Source of the DNA: a virus
Taxonomy: Duplodnaviria; Caudoviricetes
DNA: 58,821 nucleotides
Direction: 5' to 3' (one strand)
IMG/VR virus record: IMGVR_UViG_3300049999_000147
Span: 1 to 58,821 of that record
Part shown: in pieces, positions 36,927 through 46,000 of the stretch
How the letters are laid out: each line of letters starts with the position of its first letter
How positions within the stretch are numbered: the first letter of the stretch is position 1
Program-made: the position numbers and the translations under genes
The notes under the pieces: generated by a model
The model's input: only the letters and a program-made list of their open reading frames with translations
Told to the model about the DNA's origin: nothing
The model's database searches: none

Positions 36927-38415
36927 TGCAGCCGCAACAGTAATAGAAGACGAACGCATACTGTTTGCAGGTCATTCGGAACGCTACAGTAAAATCAAAA
37001 ACGATCCAAACATACATCCTGACTTAATAGAAGATTGTATAGTTGCTGCCGGCGGCGGTATAGATGAGATTGCTTATTACGAACGTCCGTGGGTTAAAAA
37101 GACTAGACAAATATACGCAGGACAATCCAAAGGTGCAGACTTACTCAAAGGTTGGACTGGTGAAAGTACATTAACAGACATACGCTCGCATTGTGAATTA
37201 AAGAACCTTCCGGTAAAATATTATAACCATCACCTTAGTCATGCAGCCGCAGGATTCCAGACCAGTCCGTTTAACGAAGCTGCGGTTGTAGTAATTGATG
37301 CTATTGGAGAATGGGACACTATTTCTATATACTCTGCGAAGTATGATGCAAACGGAAAGGCAGAGTATATAAAGTTATGGGGACAAAAATATCCGCATAG
37401 CATAGGACTGATGTATTCTGCATTTACAGAAAAAGCAGGATTAAAACCAAACGAAGAAGAATATATTTTAATGGGGATGAGTGGTTATGCTAGCCCAACA
37501 CTTACAGGGCACCACAAATACATGAACGATTTCCTAACGTTGTTAATAGACGACCCTTGGGATTTAACGTTTAAAGATAATTTGCATACAGGGTTACCAG
37601 AACAAAATATAGGCAAATTAATAGATATCGATTATGCAGGTGCAGCACAAGGTCTTATAGAATTACTAATAGAAAAAGTAATGTCTCGTGCAGCGCAGTT
37701 AAGCGGTTCTCGGAATTTAGTATTTACAGGCGGCGTCGCATTAAATTGTTTAGCAAATAGAAACTTACAGTATCACTTTCTTAACACATGGATAATGCCA
37801 AACCCAGGAGATGCTGGTAGTAGCTTGGGTGCTGCTGCATTAACATACGGTAAGAAATTAGATTGGCAAGGACCGTATCTCGGACGTAACATAGAAGGCA
37901 ACTATCCTATATGTGATGCAGTTAGCGAACTGTCGGAAAATAGAATAGTAGGTGTAGCAAACGGACGAGCAGAGTTTGGTCCACGTGCGTTAGGCAACAG
38001 GAGTTTGTTTGCTGACCCACGTGGCGAAGATATAAAAGACCTTGTTAACAATATAAAGCATAGACAGAAGTTTAGACCATTTGCACCTGTAATACTAGAA
38101 GAGTTTGTTAGTGAGTATTTTGTAATGGGCTTTGGTCCAGACCCAAAGTCACCATATATGCAAACCGTAGGTAGGTGTTTACGTCCTGACTTATTCCCTG
38201 CTATCACTCATATAGATAATACAAGTAGAGTACAAACTGTTCCTAAGGATTGTCCAAGCGGTGTAAGACAATTGCTTGAGTTTTGGTATTACTGGACAGG
38301 ATGCCCTATGCTATTAAACACAAGCTTAAACATACGCGGCGAGCCAATGGTAAATGATTTAGAGGATGCCGCCCGTTTTGAAAAAGAATATGGCGTTAAG
38401 GTACTGTCATGTTAA
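36892..38415 (+). CDS. Carbamoyltransferase, NodU/CmcH family (ORF track start at 37411 misses the N-terminus)
   Basis: The in-frame upstream region encodes (I)KILGISSGFHDAAA...ERYSKIK...HHLSHAA...DAIGE. Downstream: GGVALNC, PGDAG, EFGPRALGNRS, RPFAP, LLNTSLN. Start appears to be ATC 36892 with GGAG 7 nt upstream. Confidence 0.9.
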   Translation: MKILGISSGFHDAAATVIEDERILFAGHSERYSKIKNDPNIHPDLIEDCIVAAGGGIDEIAYYERPWVKKTRQIYAGQSKGADLLKGWTGESTLTDIRSHCELKNLPVKYYNHHLSHAAAGFQTSPFNEAAVVVIDAIGEWDTISIYSAKYDANGKAEYIKLWGQKYPHSIGLMYSAFTEKAGLKPNEEEYILMGMSGYASPTLTGHHKYMNDFLTLLIDDPWDLTFKDNLHTGLPEQNIGKLIDIDYAGAAQGLIELLIEKVMSRAAQLSGSRNLVFTGGVALNCLANRNLQYHFLNTWIMPNPGDAGSSLGAAALTYGKKLDWQGPYLGRNIEGNYPICDAVSELSENRIVGVANGRAEFGPRALGNRSLFADPRGEDIKDLVNNIKHRQKFRPFAPVILEEFVSEYFVMGFGPDPKSPYMQTVGRCLRPDLFPAITHIDNTSRVQTVPKDCPSGVRQLLEFWYYWTGCPMLLNTSLNIRGEPMVNDLEDAARFEKEYGVKVLSC

Positions 38416-39107
38416 ATCACTGGAAACTAGGAGTTACTATTGCTAGAGGACGTTATTCGCCTAACACCAAAACTCAATTTAGTGAAATGGATTACGACAC
38501 AGAAGAAAACTGGAAAAAGAATCCGAACCTCGAGTGGAGTGCAGATAGTTTTACATATAAGTTTAATTCACATGGGTATAGGTCCCGTGAATTTAAAACT
38601 AATGATGAGCGTCCGTTAATGATCGGACTAGGATGTAGTCACACAATGGGAGTTGGCATCCCATTTAAAGACACGTGGGTTGAACAACTAGGTAAACAAT
38701 TATCGTGGTCCAGAGTTTATAACTTAGGACAGGGCGGTTGTAGTAATGATGCTATTGCTCGGTTAGCAACAAATGTAATACCGATTATGAGGCCAGAGGT
38801 TGTTTCGATACTATGGACTAACTACGAAAGATTTGAAACATACGAAAATAATAAATTGGTACAACACGGTCCTTGGTCAGAGAAAAAGCTTGTGTCGCAG
38901 ATGCAAGAAGATAATGCTTATAATAACTATACAAGAAATAAGTTAATTGTAGAGTTGCTACAACGTGAATATAAATTTAAATTAGTAGAATTTTATATAG
39001 AAGACATGCACAAGAAGCATCGAGACTTACCGCTAGCACGTGATAACATGCATAACGGATCGCAATGGCATAAAGCAGTAGCAGAAGAATTTAATACATT
39101 ACTATGA
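38409..39107 (+). CDS. SGNH hydrolase-like protein
   Basis: NSHGYRS, GCSHTMGVG, NLGQGGCSN, RDNMHNG. Confidence 0.75.
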   Translation: MLNHWKLGVTIARGRYSPNTKTQFSEMDYDTEENWKKNPNLEWSADSFTYKFNSHGYRSREFKTNDERPLMIGLGCSHTMGVGIPFKDTWVEQLGKQLSWSRVYNLGQGGCSNDAIARLATNVIPIMRPEVVSILWTNYERFETYENNKLVQHGPWSEKKLVSQMQEDNAYNNYTRNKLIVELLQREYKFKLVEFYIEDMHKKHRDLPLARDNMHNGSQWHKAVAEEFNTLL

Positions 39108-39748
39108 AAAAATTATTAATATCGGGCTGTTCAATAACACACGGTGCAGAACTTGACAACGGGTTTATGAGTAACAAGAATATCGAAGGATCTTTCTCTA
39201 CACCGCTGGCTGAAAAATTCGGAATGGACAGGTTAAACGTTGCGATGTCGGGCTCGTCGAATGAATACATATTTCATTCACTACTAGATAAAATTTATAC
39301 CGAAACAGACTTAGGATTAGTAATTGCGGTGTGGACTTATACTCCGCGACTGTATTGGAAAGCTAATAATAGACATTGGTTCTTTAATCTAAACTGGGGC
39401 CTTAGTACTGCTGATTTATTTGATTTTGAAATGCATGATAAAAATACACACGATATGTGGTTAACTGGTGATTCTGATGAAGTTGTAGATAAGTTATCTA
39501 ACATTTCTAAATTTATTATAACCGATTACCTTGATGTTAAAGAACAAGATAAAAAGACCGAAACATATAAACAGGTTATAAATGATATTTGCACCGCTAG
39601 ACAAGTGCCATGTCTTAATTTATCAGTGTACGACTTGGAACATATTGGTACATGGAAGAAGGAAAAGCGACACCCCAACTCACAAGAACATATCGAAATA
39701 GCAGATTTTTTATATAACTATATTAACAAGCGATCAAACAATGTTTGA
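39104..39748 (+). CDS. SGNH hydrolase-like protein
   Basis: GCSITHG, NVAMSGSSN, RHPNSQEH. Confidence 0.75.
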   Translation: MKKLLISGCSITHGAELDNGFMSNKNIEGSFSTPLAEKFGMDRLNVAMSGSSNEYIFHSLLDKIYTETDLGLVIAVWTYTPRLYWKANNRHWFFNLNWGLSTADLFDFEMHDKNTHDMWLTGDSDEVVDKLSNISKFIITDYLDVKEQDKKTETYKQVINDICTARQVPCLNLSVYDLEHIGTWKKEKRHPNSQEHIEIADFLYNYINKRSNNV

Positions 39749-41060
39749 TATGTTTATAATGAACATGGGCGGGCACGACGAAAACTTAAATATATTGCAA
39801 GAATCCTATCCACATGCAAAAGTTATTAGATATTATAATAACCACTTGGATACTATAAAGAGATGCTTGCCACGTGCCCGAACCTCTTATATATGGGTCA
39901 TTGCTAGTTGCTGCGATTATAGCGATTTTGACTTCGATTATCAAGCGGCACCTTGGGAAGGAGATCAAATACATTGCTGGGCTAGTGGTGAACAACAGTA
40001 TGGTGAAACCTTTCTAATTCCAGTTAATGAATTTAATAAACAATTAAATAATGTAGGCGATATACTAGAATGGTATAAGGATATCAATTGGCATACAGAC
40101 GGTGTGCCACGTTTATCTTGGCCAGTGTTAAAATTAGATATAGACCCAGTTAAAGACATAATGGAGTTCGAAAACAATGCACCTTACTTTTGGATTAATC
40201 AAGAAGCTAAGTTAGATCTTAACTTATGGCGTAAACCGTGGTATTTTCACAAGCTTACACAGACAGGAAGCGTATCGTTAGCACCCCGTGAAATTAGAGG
40301 TTATTTAGACGCACATATCTACGATTATCCGTGGATAAAGAATACAAAAGCAGGCGATATAGAGGAGAAATCAATGGATATTATTCACATCTCGAATAAC
40401 GAACCGCAAGCAGATGAGTGGTATAATCAACTATGCGACATAGTACCTAACAAGACTGTTAAACGTATAACAGGCGTCAACGGAAGAGCAGAAGCATTAA
40501 AGGCAGCAGCACGTCTAAGCGACACTCCGTGGTTCTTTGCTGTACCTGCTAAACTAGAAGTATTACCAGATTTTGATTTTAGTTGGGATCCGGACATATT
40601 ACATTTAGAAGAAGAGCCTAAGCATTATATTTTTCATGCTATGAATCCTGTTAACGGATTAGAATATGGGCATATGGGCATCGTGGCATATAATAAAAAG
40701 CTGGTGTTAGAAACAGAAGAATATGGACTTGATTTTACACTTAGTAAGCCTCATATGGTTAATACAGAAATAAGCGGTATTGCACATTATAACGCGACTC
40801 CGCACATGACATGGCGTACAGCATTTCGCGAAACAATAAAACTTAAAGATGATGTAGAAAGGAACGATTCTTTAGAAAGTGAACATAGATTAAACACCTG
40901 GCTTACAGTAGCAGAAGGCGATAATGCAGAATGGAGTTTACGTGGTGCAGAAGATGCTATGCAGTATTATAATGATACAGGATCTGACTACAAGAAATTA
41001 ATGTTTAGTTTTGATTGGAGTTGGTTAAAAGAATACTACGATTTAAAGTATTCAATTTAA
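39741..41060 (+). CDS. Putative glycosyltransferase-like protein (two GT-A-like halves)
   Basis: C-terminal DIIHISNNEP..GVNGRAEALKAAA..NPVNGLEYGHMG..WRTAFRE matches 22931. Confidence 0.55.
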   Translation: MFDMFIMNMGGHDENLNILQESYPHAKVIRYYNNHLDTIKRCLPRARTSYIWVIASCCDYSDFDFDYQAAPWEGDQIHCWASGEQQYGETFLIPVNEFNKQLNNVGDILEWYKDINWHTDGVPRLSWPVLKLDIDPVKDIMEFENNAPYFWINQEAKLDLNLWRKPWYFHKLTQTGSVSLAPREIRGYLDAHIYDYPWIKNTKAGDIEEKSMDIIHISNNEPQADEWYNQLCDIVPNKTVKRITGVNGRAEALKAAARLSDTPWFFAVPAKLEVLPDFDFSWDPDILHLEEEPKHYIFHAMNPVNGLEYGHMGIVAYNKKLVLETEEYGLDFTLSKPHMVNTEISGIAHYNATPHMTWRTAFRETIKLKDDVERNDSLESEHRLNTWLTVAEGDNAEWSLRGAEDAMQYYNDTGSDYKKLMFSFDWSWLKEYYDLKYSI

Positions 41061-42014
41061 AAGTTCTGGGTGTTTCTTATACCAGTTTATATATTTTTCT
41101 ATTCCTTCTTTGAAACTTACCTTAGGATTGTAGTTAAGATCGGTTCTAGCTTTTGTAATATCTAGCAGGCCTCTTGTTGGGAACGACAGATCTCGTTCTT
41201 CTATTTCGATATTTCCAGTACCAATTAAATCAACGATTAAATTAGCGGCATCTAGTAACGTGTATCTCTCTGTTCCGCGTGTAATATTATATGTTTCGTT
41301 GCTTACTTCGCTAGTCGCAGCAAGAACAATTCCATTTACCGCATCGCTAACATACGTGAAGTCTAATACTTCTTTAGAACCTCTTACTGTTAATGTTTTG
41401 CTTTGTAATGCCCTGCATACAAATTGACTAATAACTCTGTTTATACTATCTAATTCACCATACACCGCACTCGGTCTAATAATAGTGTATTCTATTCCTA
41501 GTCTATTAGCATAGTCTTTAACAATTAACTCTCCGGCGTATTTCATTATAGCGTATTGCCCTATCGGAGTACATGCAGCATCTTCTGTTATAGGATCAGT
41601 AACAAAGTTACCGTAGACCATGCTGCTACTAACATAAACAAATCGTTTAACATCGTGTTTCTTGCATTCCTCTAGCAGTTTAATTAACCCTGTTATCATA
41701 GTTTCGGAACCTAGTGCAGGATTCTCATTAACTATTTTCTGTCTTGGAAAACTTGCTGTATGTATCACTATGTCGGGGTGTGCTCGTAAAAATACAGAAT
41801 TGGTGTCAACGGTGTTGATGTTGTTATTGTACATCGCAACCATTTTTAATTTAGATAAACGGTAACTATAAAGATAATTAAGTTCGATTTGATTTATAAA
41901 ATCATAATTAGTAAAGTTGTCTATGATAGAAACATCATGCCCGTCACGTGTTAATTCTGTAACAACATTATGTCCTATAAACCCAGCACCACCTGTGACT
42001 AGTATTTTGCTCAA
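41052..42014 (-). CDS. NAD-dependent nucleotide-sugar epimerase/dehydratase
   Basis: TGGAGFIG, SSSMVYG, YAIMK (YxxxK), DFTYVSD. Confidence 0.92.
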   Translation of the reverse strand: MSKILVTGGAGFIGHNVVTELTRDGHDVSIIDNFTNYDFINQIELNYLYSYRLSKLKMVAMYNNNINTVDTNSVFLRAHPDIVIHTASFPRQKIVNENPALGSETMITGLIKLLEECKKHDVKRFVYVSSSMVYGNFVTDPITEDAACTPIGQYAIMKYAGELIVKDYANRLGIEYTIIRPSAVYGELDSINRVISQFVCRALQSKTLTVRGSKEVLDFTYVSDAVNGIVLAATSEVSNETYNITRGTERYTLLDAANLIVDLIGTGNIEIEERDLSFPTRGLLDITKARTDLNYNPKVSFKEGIEKYINWYKKHPELLN

Positions 42015-42145
42015 TGCTTATACTCGTCTGGATATTTTAATTTTGGATTTGCTTTTTCGGGCGATACCCAACGCCAGCGTCTTTCGTATGCAGGATAGCC
42101 CGGAATGTATTCTCTTACGGCTTTTTTTGGTTTAGTTTCTTCCAT
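42011..42145 (-). CDS. 44-aa ORF not in the track (MEETKPKKAVREYIPGYPAYERRWRWVSPEKANPKLKYPDEYKH), probably leaderless
   Basis: ATG at 42145 lies 7 nt downstream of a consensus -10; its TGA overlaps the TTG start of the epimerase. Confidence 0.6.
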   Translation of the reverse strand: MEETKPKKAVREYIPGYPAYERRWRWVSPEKANPKLKYPDEYKH

Positions 42146-42152
42146 ATAATAT

Positions 42153-42181
42153 ATTATACAGAAGTATTTTGGGTGTGTCAA
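42153..42181 (-). promoter_or_regulatory. Sigma70 promoter TTGACA-N17-TATAAT
   Basis: tgtcaa 42176-42181 and attata 42153-42158 on the + strand. Confidence 0.8.
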
Positions 42182-42215
42182 CAACACCGCTACAAAATAG
42201 TAACGGTGCTATTGA

Positions 42216-42599
42216 TTAAAGGTGTTTTAGAAGTGCGTTAGTTTTAGGTTGTATTTGGTTAGCTACTTTATCAACGTCTATATAAAAATCTACAGATTCG
42301 ATATAATCACCTAACTCGTTAAACCTAGCGTCTAACATATCTTCTATTTCGAACGTGGTTTGACCTGCTTCTAAAAGACACTTAACATCTATATAAACAA
42401 GTGTGCTATCTATTAATTGTACACCAACTTGGTCTAACAAATTAATAGGAACCTCTTTCTTGTCTGCCTTATTAACTAAGTCCTTCCACTTCTTTTTAAT
42501 ACTAAGGTCCAATTTCTTTCCTTTGACCCTAGGCTGTTGCTTTTTTCTTGGTTGCTCGTTTTTTTCTTGTTGCTTTTTTCTTTGTGGTTTTTCTAGCAT
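42216..42599 (-). CDS. Hypothetical protein
   Basis: ORF with a Lys-rich N-terminus overlapping the end of 42529; start uncertain. Confidence 0.55.
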   Translation of the reverse strand: MLEKPQRKKQQEKNEQPRKKQQPRVKGKKLDLSIKKKWKDLVNKADKKEVPINLLDQVGVQLIDSTLVYIDVKCLLEAGQTTFEIEDMLDARFNELGDYIESVDFYIDVDKVANQIQPKTNALLKHL

Positions 42600-43206
42600 T
42601 CTTCTTATCCTTTGGGGCAAGTGCTTCTGCCTCGTCGTCTAATCGCGTAGCTTCGGCCAGTAACTGCTCCGCATCGTTACGCATTCTTGCTGCCTGTTCC
42701 CGTTGTTGTGTTGCTATAACAGTATCGGTTAATACACTGTCTGTTGCAGCAGCAACTTCGCCAGTAACATCAGCACTACTAGTAGTATTTACACTTTTTG
42801 AAGGATCTCGTAGCCCTTGATTTGCATCCAGTTCCGCAAGGCGTTTAACTGCATCATCTCCGGTAGCCATCTCGTTAAGTATCTTATTTAGCTCATCTAG
42901 GCGACAATTACTATTAGCAGTTGGAGTAACGATAACTTGGTTAGTTGGAACTTTTTTCATGAAGTTATCTTTGTGGATTGTATTTAAACAATTTCTACCA
43001 TCGGGCATTATGTGTCTAAATGCAGCATCCGCTAAGTTTGCTTCATTCTGTCCTACTTCACTTTCTAATACCTTCATTAGTTCGTCGTGTATAAGGCTAG
43101 GTAATTTAGTACTATATACTATTAATGCCATATGAGCTTCATCAGGAACCTCTCTGTACATAATAACAATTTTTTCGTTGTTGTGTCTTCCTACGTGTTT
43201 AATCAT
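42529..43206 (-). CDS. Hypothetical phage protein
   Basis: 225-aa ORF (MIKHVGR...) with C-terminal coiled coil and basic tail. Confidence 0.65.
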   Translation of the reverse strand: MIKHVGRHNNEKIVIMYREVPDEAHMALIVYSTKLPSLIHDELMKVLESEVGQNEANLADAAFRHIMPDGRNCLNTIHKDNFMKKVPTNQVIVTPTANSNCRLDELNKILNEMATGDDAVKRLAELDANQGLRDPSKSVNTTSSADVTGEVAAATDSVLTDTVIATQQREQAARMRNDAEQLLAEATRLDDEAEALAPKDKKNARKTTKKKATRKKRATKKKATA

Positions 43207-43469
43207 TGTGTTGTTTCCTCTGTTGCTGGTGCTTGTTGCTGGTTAGCTTTAATTGCACCAGATGCTTCTAGGAAAGCAAGTAACTTAGTATATACTTTCC
43301 CGACGTTAGTCATTTCTTCGGGTTTGATTGCACCGCGATCAGCCGCTACTTGTATAATTTGCGTAACAAGTAAAAGGTCTTCTACGGTTAATGTTGTTGG
43401 AGCCGGTTGTGGTGCTTCTACTTGTTCTTCAACAGCAGGTACCTGCTCTTCACTGGATACTTCGGTCAT
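43203..43469 (-). CDS. Hypothetical protein
   Basis: SD AAGGAG upstream; LTVEDL..IIQVAADRGAIKPEEM..VGKVY core. Confidence 0.65.
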   Translation of the reverse strand: MTEVSSEEQVPAVEEQVEAPQPAPTTLTVEDLLLVTQIIQVAADRGAIKPEEMTNVGKVYTKLLAFLEASGAIKANQQQAPATEETTQ

Positions 43470-43539
43470 GTTAAAACTCTCCTTTATGTTCTATACTCGT
43501 ATTTAACTACGTATATAACTAAGGGGTTTCTTTCTGATA

Positions 43540-43809
43540 TTAATTTACGTTAATATTTGGTAGGAATAAAGAAAAATAGCTAGCTTCTGCGTGGTCTTCG
43601 AATGATACTACAAATTTCATGGTAGATCTACCGGTATCGCTGTCCATTATTTCTATATTGTCAGCGTAGAATCTACTATGTAAATTTTCGTATATCCAGT
43701 TAATAATGTCTTGCTTACTGGCACGTAGATCAAACGTTACACGTATAAAGTGCGGCGGTATATGTTCTACTTTGCGTATATCGTTTATGTTAAGCGGGTT
43801 AGGAAACAT
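43540..43809 (-). CDS. Hypothetical protein
   Basis: NPLNINDIR...WIYENL..RF...FED.AEASYF; likely start 43809. Confidence 0.55.
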   Translation of the reverse strand: MFPNPLNINDIRKVEHIPPHFIRVTFDLRASKQDIINWIYENLHSRFYADNIEIMDSDTGRSTMKFVVSFEDHAEASYFSLFLPNINVN

Positions 43810-44203
43810 CGTCTGTCTCGCTTGCATTACTATAATCAAACCAATCCATGACATCCATTGCAGTATATTTCTCTTGGAAGTTATGTGCTTTTTCGTGCAT
43901 TAAGTTTCTTAAATATGGATAGGCACGGTTGTTAATATTATCGCATAATATATGGTCCCAATCCCTATGTCCAAACGCATTAGATTGATACAACAAACGA
44001 TAATTGTCTTCTATGTGACCCAGCATTTTAGGAGTCGGAAAGATACCAAACCTTTCCATTGCTATATTTAATGCTGCTAAGTGAGTTAATTGCACTCCTT
44101 TCCAAAATACAATACAATCATCGTGTTTTGGTAAATGTACTAACACTGGCTTATTGTCTAATGAACTCCATGCTATGTATTTGTCAAAAGTCATAATCAT
44201 CAT
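43799..44203 (-). CDS. Hypothetical protein
   Basis: 134-aa ORF packed between neighbours. Confidence 0.5.
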   Translation of the reverse strand: MMIMTFDKYIAWSSLDNKPVLVHLPKHDDCIVFWKGVQLTHLAALNIAMERFGIFPTPKMLGHIEDNYRLLYQSNAFGHRDWDHILCDNINNRAYPYLRNLMHEKAHNFQEKYTAMDVMDWFDYSNASETDDVS

Positions 44204-44903
44204 CCATACTAAATTCGTAATCTTTGTTAAACATAGTTCTTATGTTTTCGAGTGTTCCTTCTGCAGGACGATAACCGTATGTCCAATACTTTGATAGCCG
44301 CTTTACAGAATCTTCTCTGTAGTTAACAAACCGTAGTTTCTTTTCGCGTATATCACGTGCAGTAGTTTCGCCTAACAATAATGTATTATGGTCCATTACA
44401 ATTTGACATACTGAGATGTCAAAGTTATCTAGTACTTCTTGCGCCGACTTGTAAAATCGTTTTGTTATAACTTGCAAGTGCCAGTCCTTGTCCATCTGCA
44501 TTGTTATCGAAGGTACCGCCGGTGCTACTCTTGTAAAATTTTTATAGCTGCCGTAACGAAAGGTAGTGGCATTATCTGTTTTGTAATGTTGACTTGCTCT
44601 GTTAGTTGCCTCTAAACGTTTTATAACTTCTTTTGCTTGTTTGAGACTATTGCAAAAGATATCAACGTCACCTGCCTCTAACGGCATCTTATTGTACCAA
44701 CTCAATGGTGCGCCACCAGCAACCCACGGTCCACGTTCCATATCAGGTCTAATAACATCCATTGCTTCGCGATCTTCGTTATGTATTAAGTTTGTAGGAG
44801 GAGAATATGGCACACTAGTCTTATTTTTGCGTTTGGGATTATGCGAGAATAAACTTCCTACATCGTTGAGGTTGTCAAACGGACTGTCGGATATTATAGG
44901 CAT
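44184..44903 (-). CDS. Nucleotidyltransferase-fold protein (poly(A) polymerase/CCA head-like)
   Basis: WVAGGA...GDVDIF...FDISVCQ...RLSKY..YGY. Confidence 0.65.
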   Translation of the reverse strand: MPIISDSPFDNLNDVGSLFSHNPKRKNKTSVPYSPPTNLIHNEDREAMDVIRPDMERGPWVAGGAPLSWYNKMPLEAGDVDIFCNSLKQAKEVIKRLEATNRASQHYKTDNATTFRYGSYKNFTRVAPAVPSITMQMDKDWHLQVITKRFYKSAQEVLDNFDISVCQIVMDHNTLLLGETTARDIREKKLRFVNYREDSVKRLSKYWTYGYRPAEGTLENIRTMFNKDYEFSMDDDYDF

Positions 44904-45253
44904 TATGTTATCACATCCTCTGTTACTTTTCTATCACTGTAAATTTTAACGCCTCTTTCTCGTACCATGTCAGCAGTTTCCTGTGGCATCTCTTCCCACT
45001 GTAATCTCCACCAATCTTCATCTATCTCTTTGCTATCGCAATCAATAAAATAAATTTCATAGTGTCGTTGTGGGTTAGCTTGCGCTCGTATTGTTAAGTG
45101 TTGCATAATAGATATAAGAGGGTTACGTTCCTCTTCATCGTTCTTAAGAATGTTAAACGTATTTCGAACGTCCCATTCTTCATATTGGGTAATAGGAATA
45201 ATAGCTTCTATTCCTGAGTTATCCCAACTGAATATAAATGCGTTAGTTGTCAC
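44903..45253 (-). CDS. Hypothetical protein
   Basis: 116-aa ORF, translationally coupled to neighbours. Confidence 0.6.
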   Translation of the reverse strand: MTTNAFIFSWDNSGIEAIIPITQYEEWDVRNTFNILKNDEEERNPLISIMQHLTIRAQANPQRHYEIYFIDCDSKEIDEDWWRLQWEEMPQETADMVRERGVKIYSDRKVTEDVIT

Positions 45254-45404
45254 GTTTAGCAGCTTCTATATCTAACTGCTCACCTAATGCTATAACATAA
45301 TCTTTCAACGCATGTATGTCGCCACTAAAATCAAGACACGAACCGTTGTTATTATCAATCCTAACATTGTCCCAATCCACAACTGGATTATTTGGTATAA
45401 TCAT
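45243..45404 (-). CDS. Small hypothetical protein (MIIIPNNP...)
   Basis: ATG at 45404 with GAGGAG upstream; overlaps the stop of the upstream ORF. Confidence 0.5.
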   Translation of the reverse strand: MIIPNNPVVDWDNVRIDNNNGSCLDFSGDIHALKDYVIALGEQLDIEAAKRDN

Positions 45405-45577
45405 TATTCGTTCTCCTCTAGTTCGCTTTCGTTTATTTTTTGTACGTTGGTCCATGAAGTCCAACTTGGTCTAATACTGTAATCGTTAAATGCTCTTTTA
45501 GAACGAAACTGCAATACTTCGCTACCGTCTTCTTTTACAATTATCCTTACTTCAAATGTATTGTTATCGTTATACAT
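45404..45577 (-). CDS. 57-aa hypothetical protein not in the track (MYNDNNTFEVRIIVKEDGSEVLQFR...)
   Basis: Fills the gap between 45404 and 45581; ATG 45577 to TAA 45406-45404. Confidence 0.55.
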   Translation of the reverse strand: MYNDNNTFEVRIIVKEDGSEVLQFRSKRAFNDYSIRPSWTSWTNVQKINESELEENE

Positions 45578-45580
45578 AAT

Positions 45581-46000
45581 TTAACACCCGTCGTATGCTA
45601 TATCGGAGTAATCCACTTCGTTAATAATCTCGTTAATGTTTACACTTTCTTTTAACGTAATATCAAATTCGATTAATTCAATTGTTATATCTGGAAAGTC
45701 TGGGTCTAAAAACCATGCTCTGTCATGTGCTAATCTTTTATCGACTAACTTTCGTTTAGTAAATATCTTTGCGGCATGAATATCATCTACTTTGGTGTAA
45801 TGCTTATTTAATGCCCATGTAACAGTTGACACCCCATCTGCCTCAACTATAGTTCGTTTAATGGCGTATCCTTCTAACTTCATTTTAATCTCCTTAATAC
45901 ATTTACTACAATTAATATCGTTGTGCAGTAATCGTTCGTTTAATTTATCTGTAGTATCAAAATCATTAGTGCTAATATTACGACAACTGCATACAATCAT
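45581..46000 (-). CDS. Protein with an N-terminal BFD-like [2Fe-2S] motif in frame with a hypothetical domain
   Basis: MIVCSCRNIS...CSKC; internal AAGGAG plus ATG at 45883. Confidence 0.55.
   Translation of the reverse strand: MIVCSCRNISTNDFDTTDKLNERLLHNDINCSKCIKEIKMKLEGYAIKRTIVEADGVSTVTWALNKHYTKVDDIHAAKIFTKRKLVDKRLAHDRAWFLDPDFPDITIELIEFDITLKESVNINEIINEVDYSDIAYDGC

Noticed and set aside
36871-37411. Frameshifted or pseudogenised carbamoyltransferase, or TAG recoding
   Set aside because: The frame is continuous from 36880 to 38415. Long ORFs are intact under the standard code and TAG ends genes at sensible positions (e.g. 20301), so no alternative code is needed.
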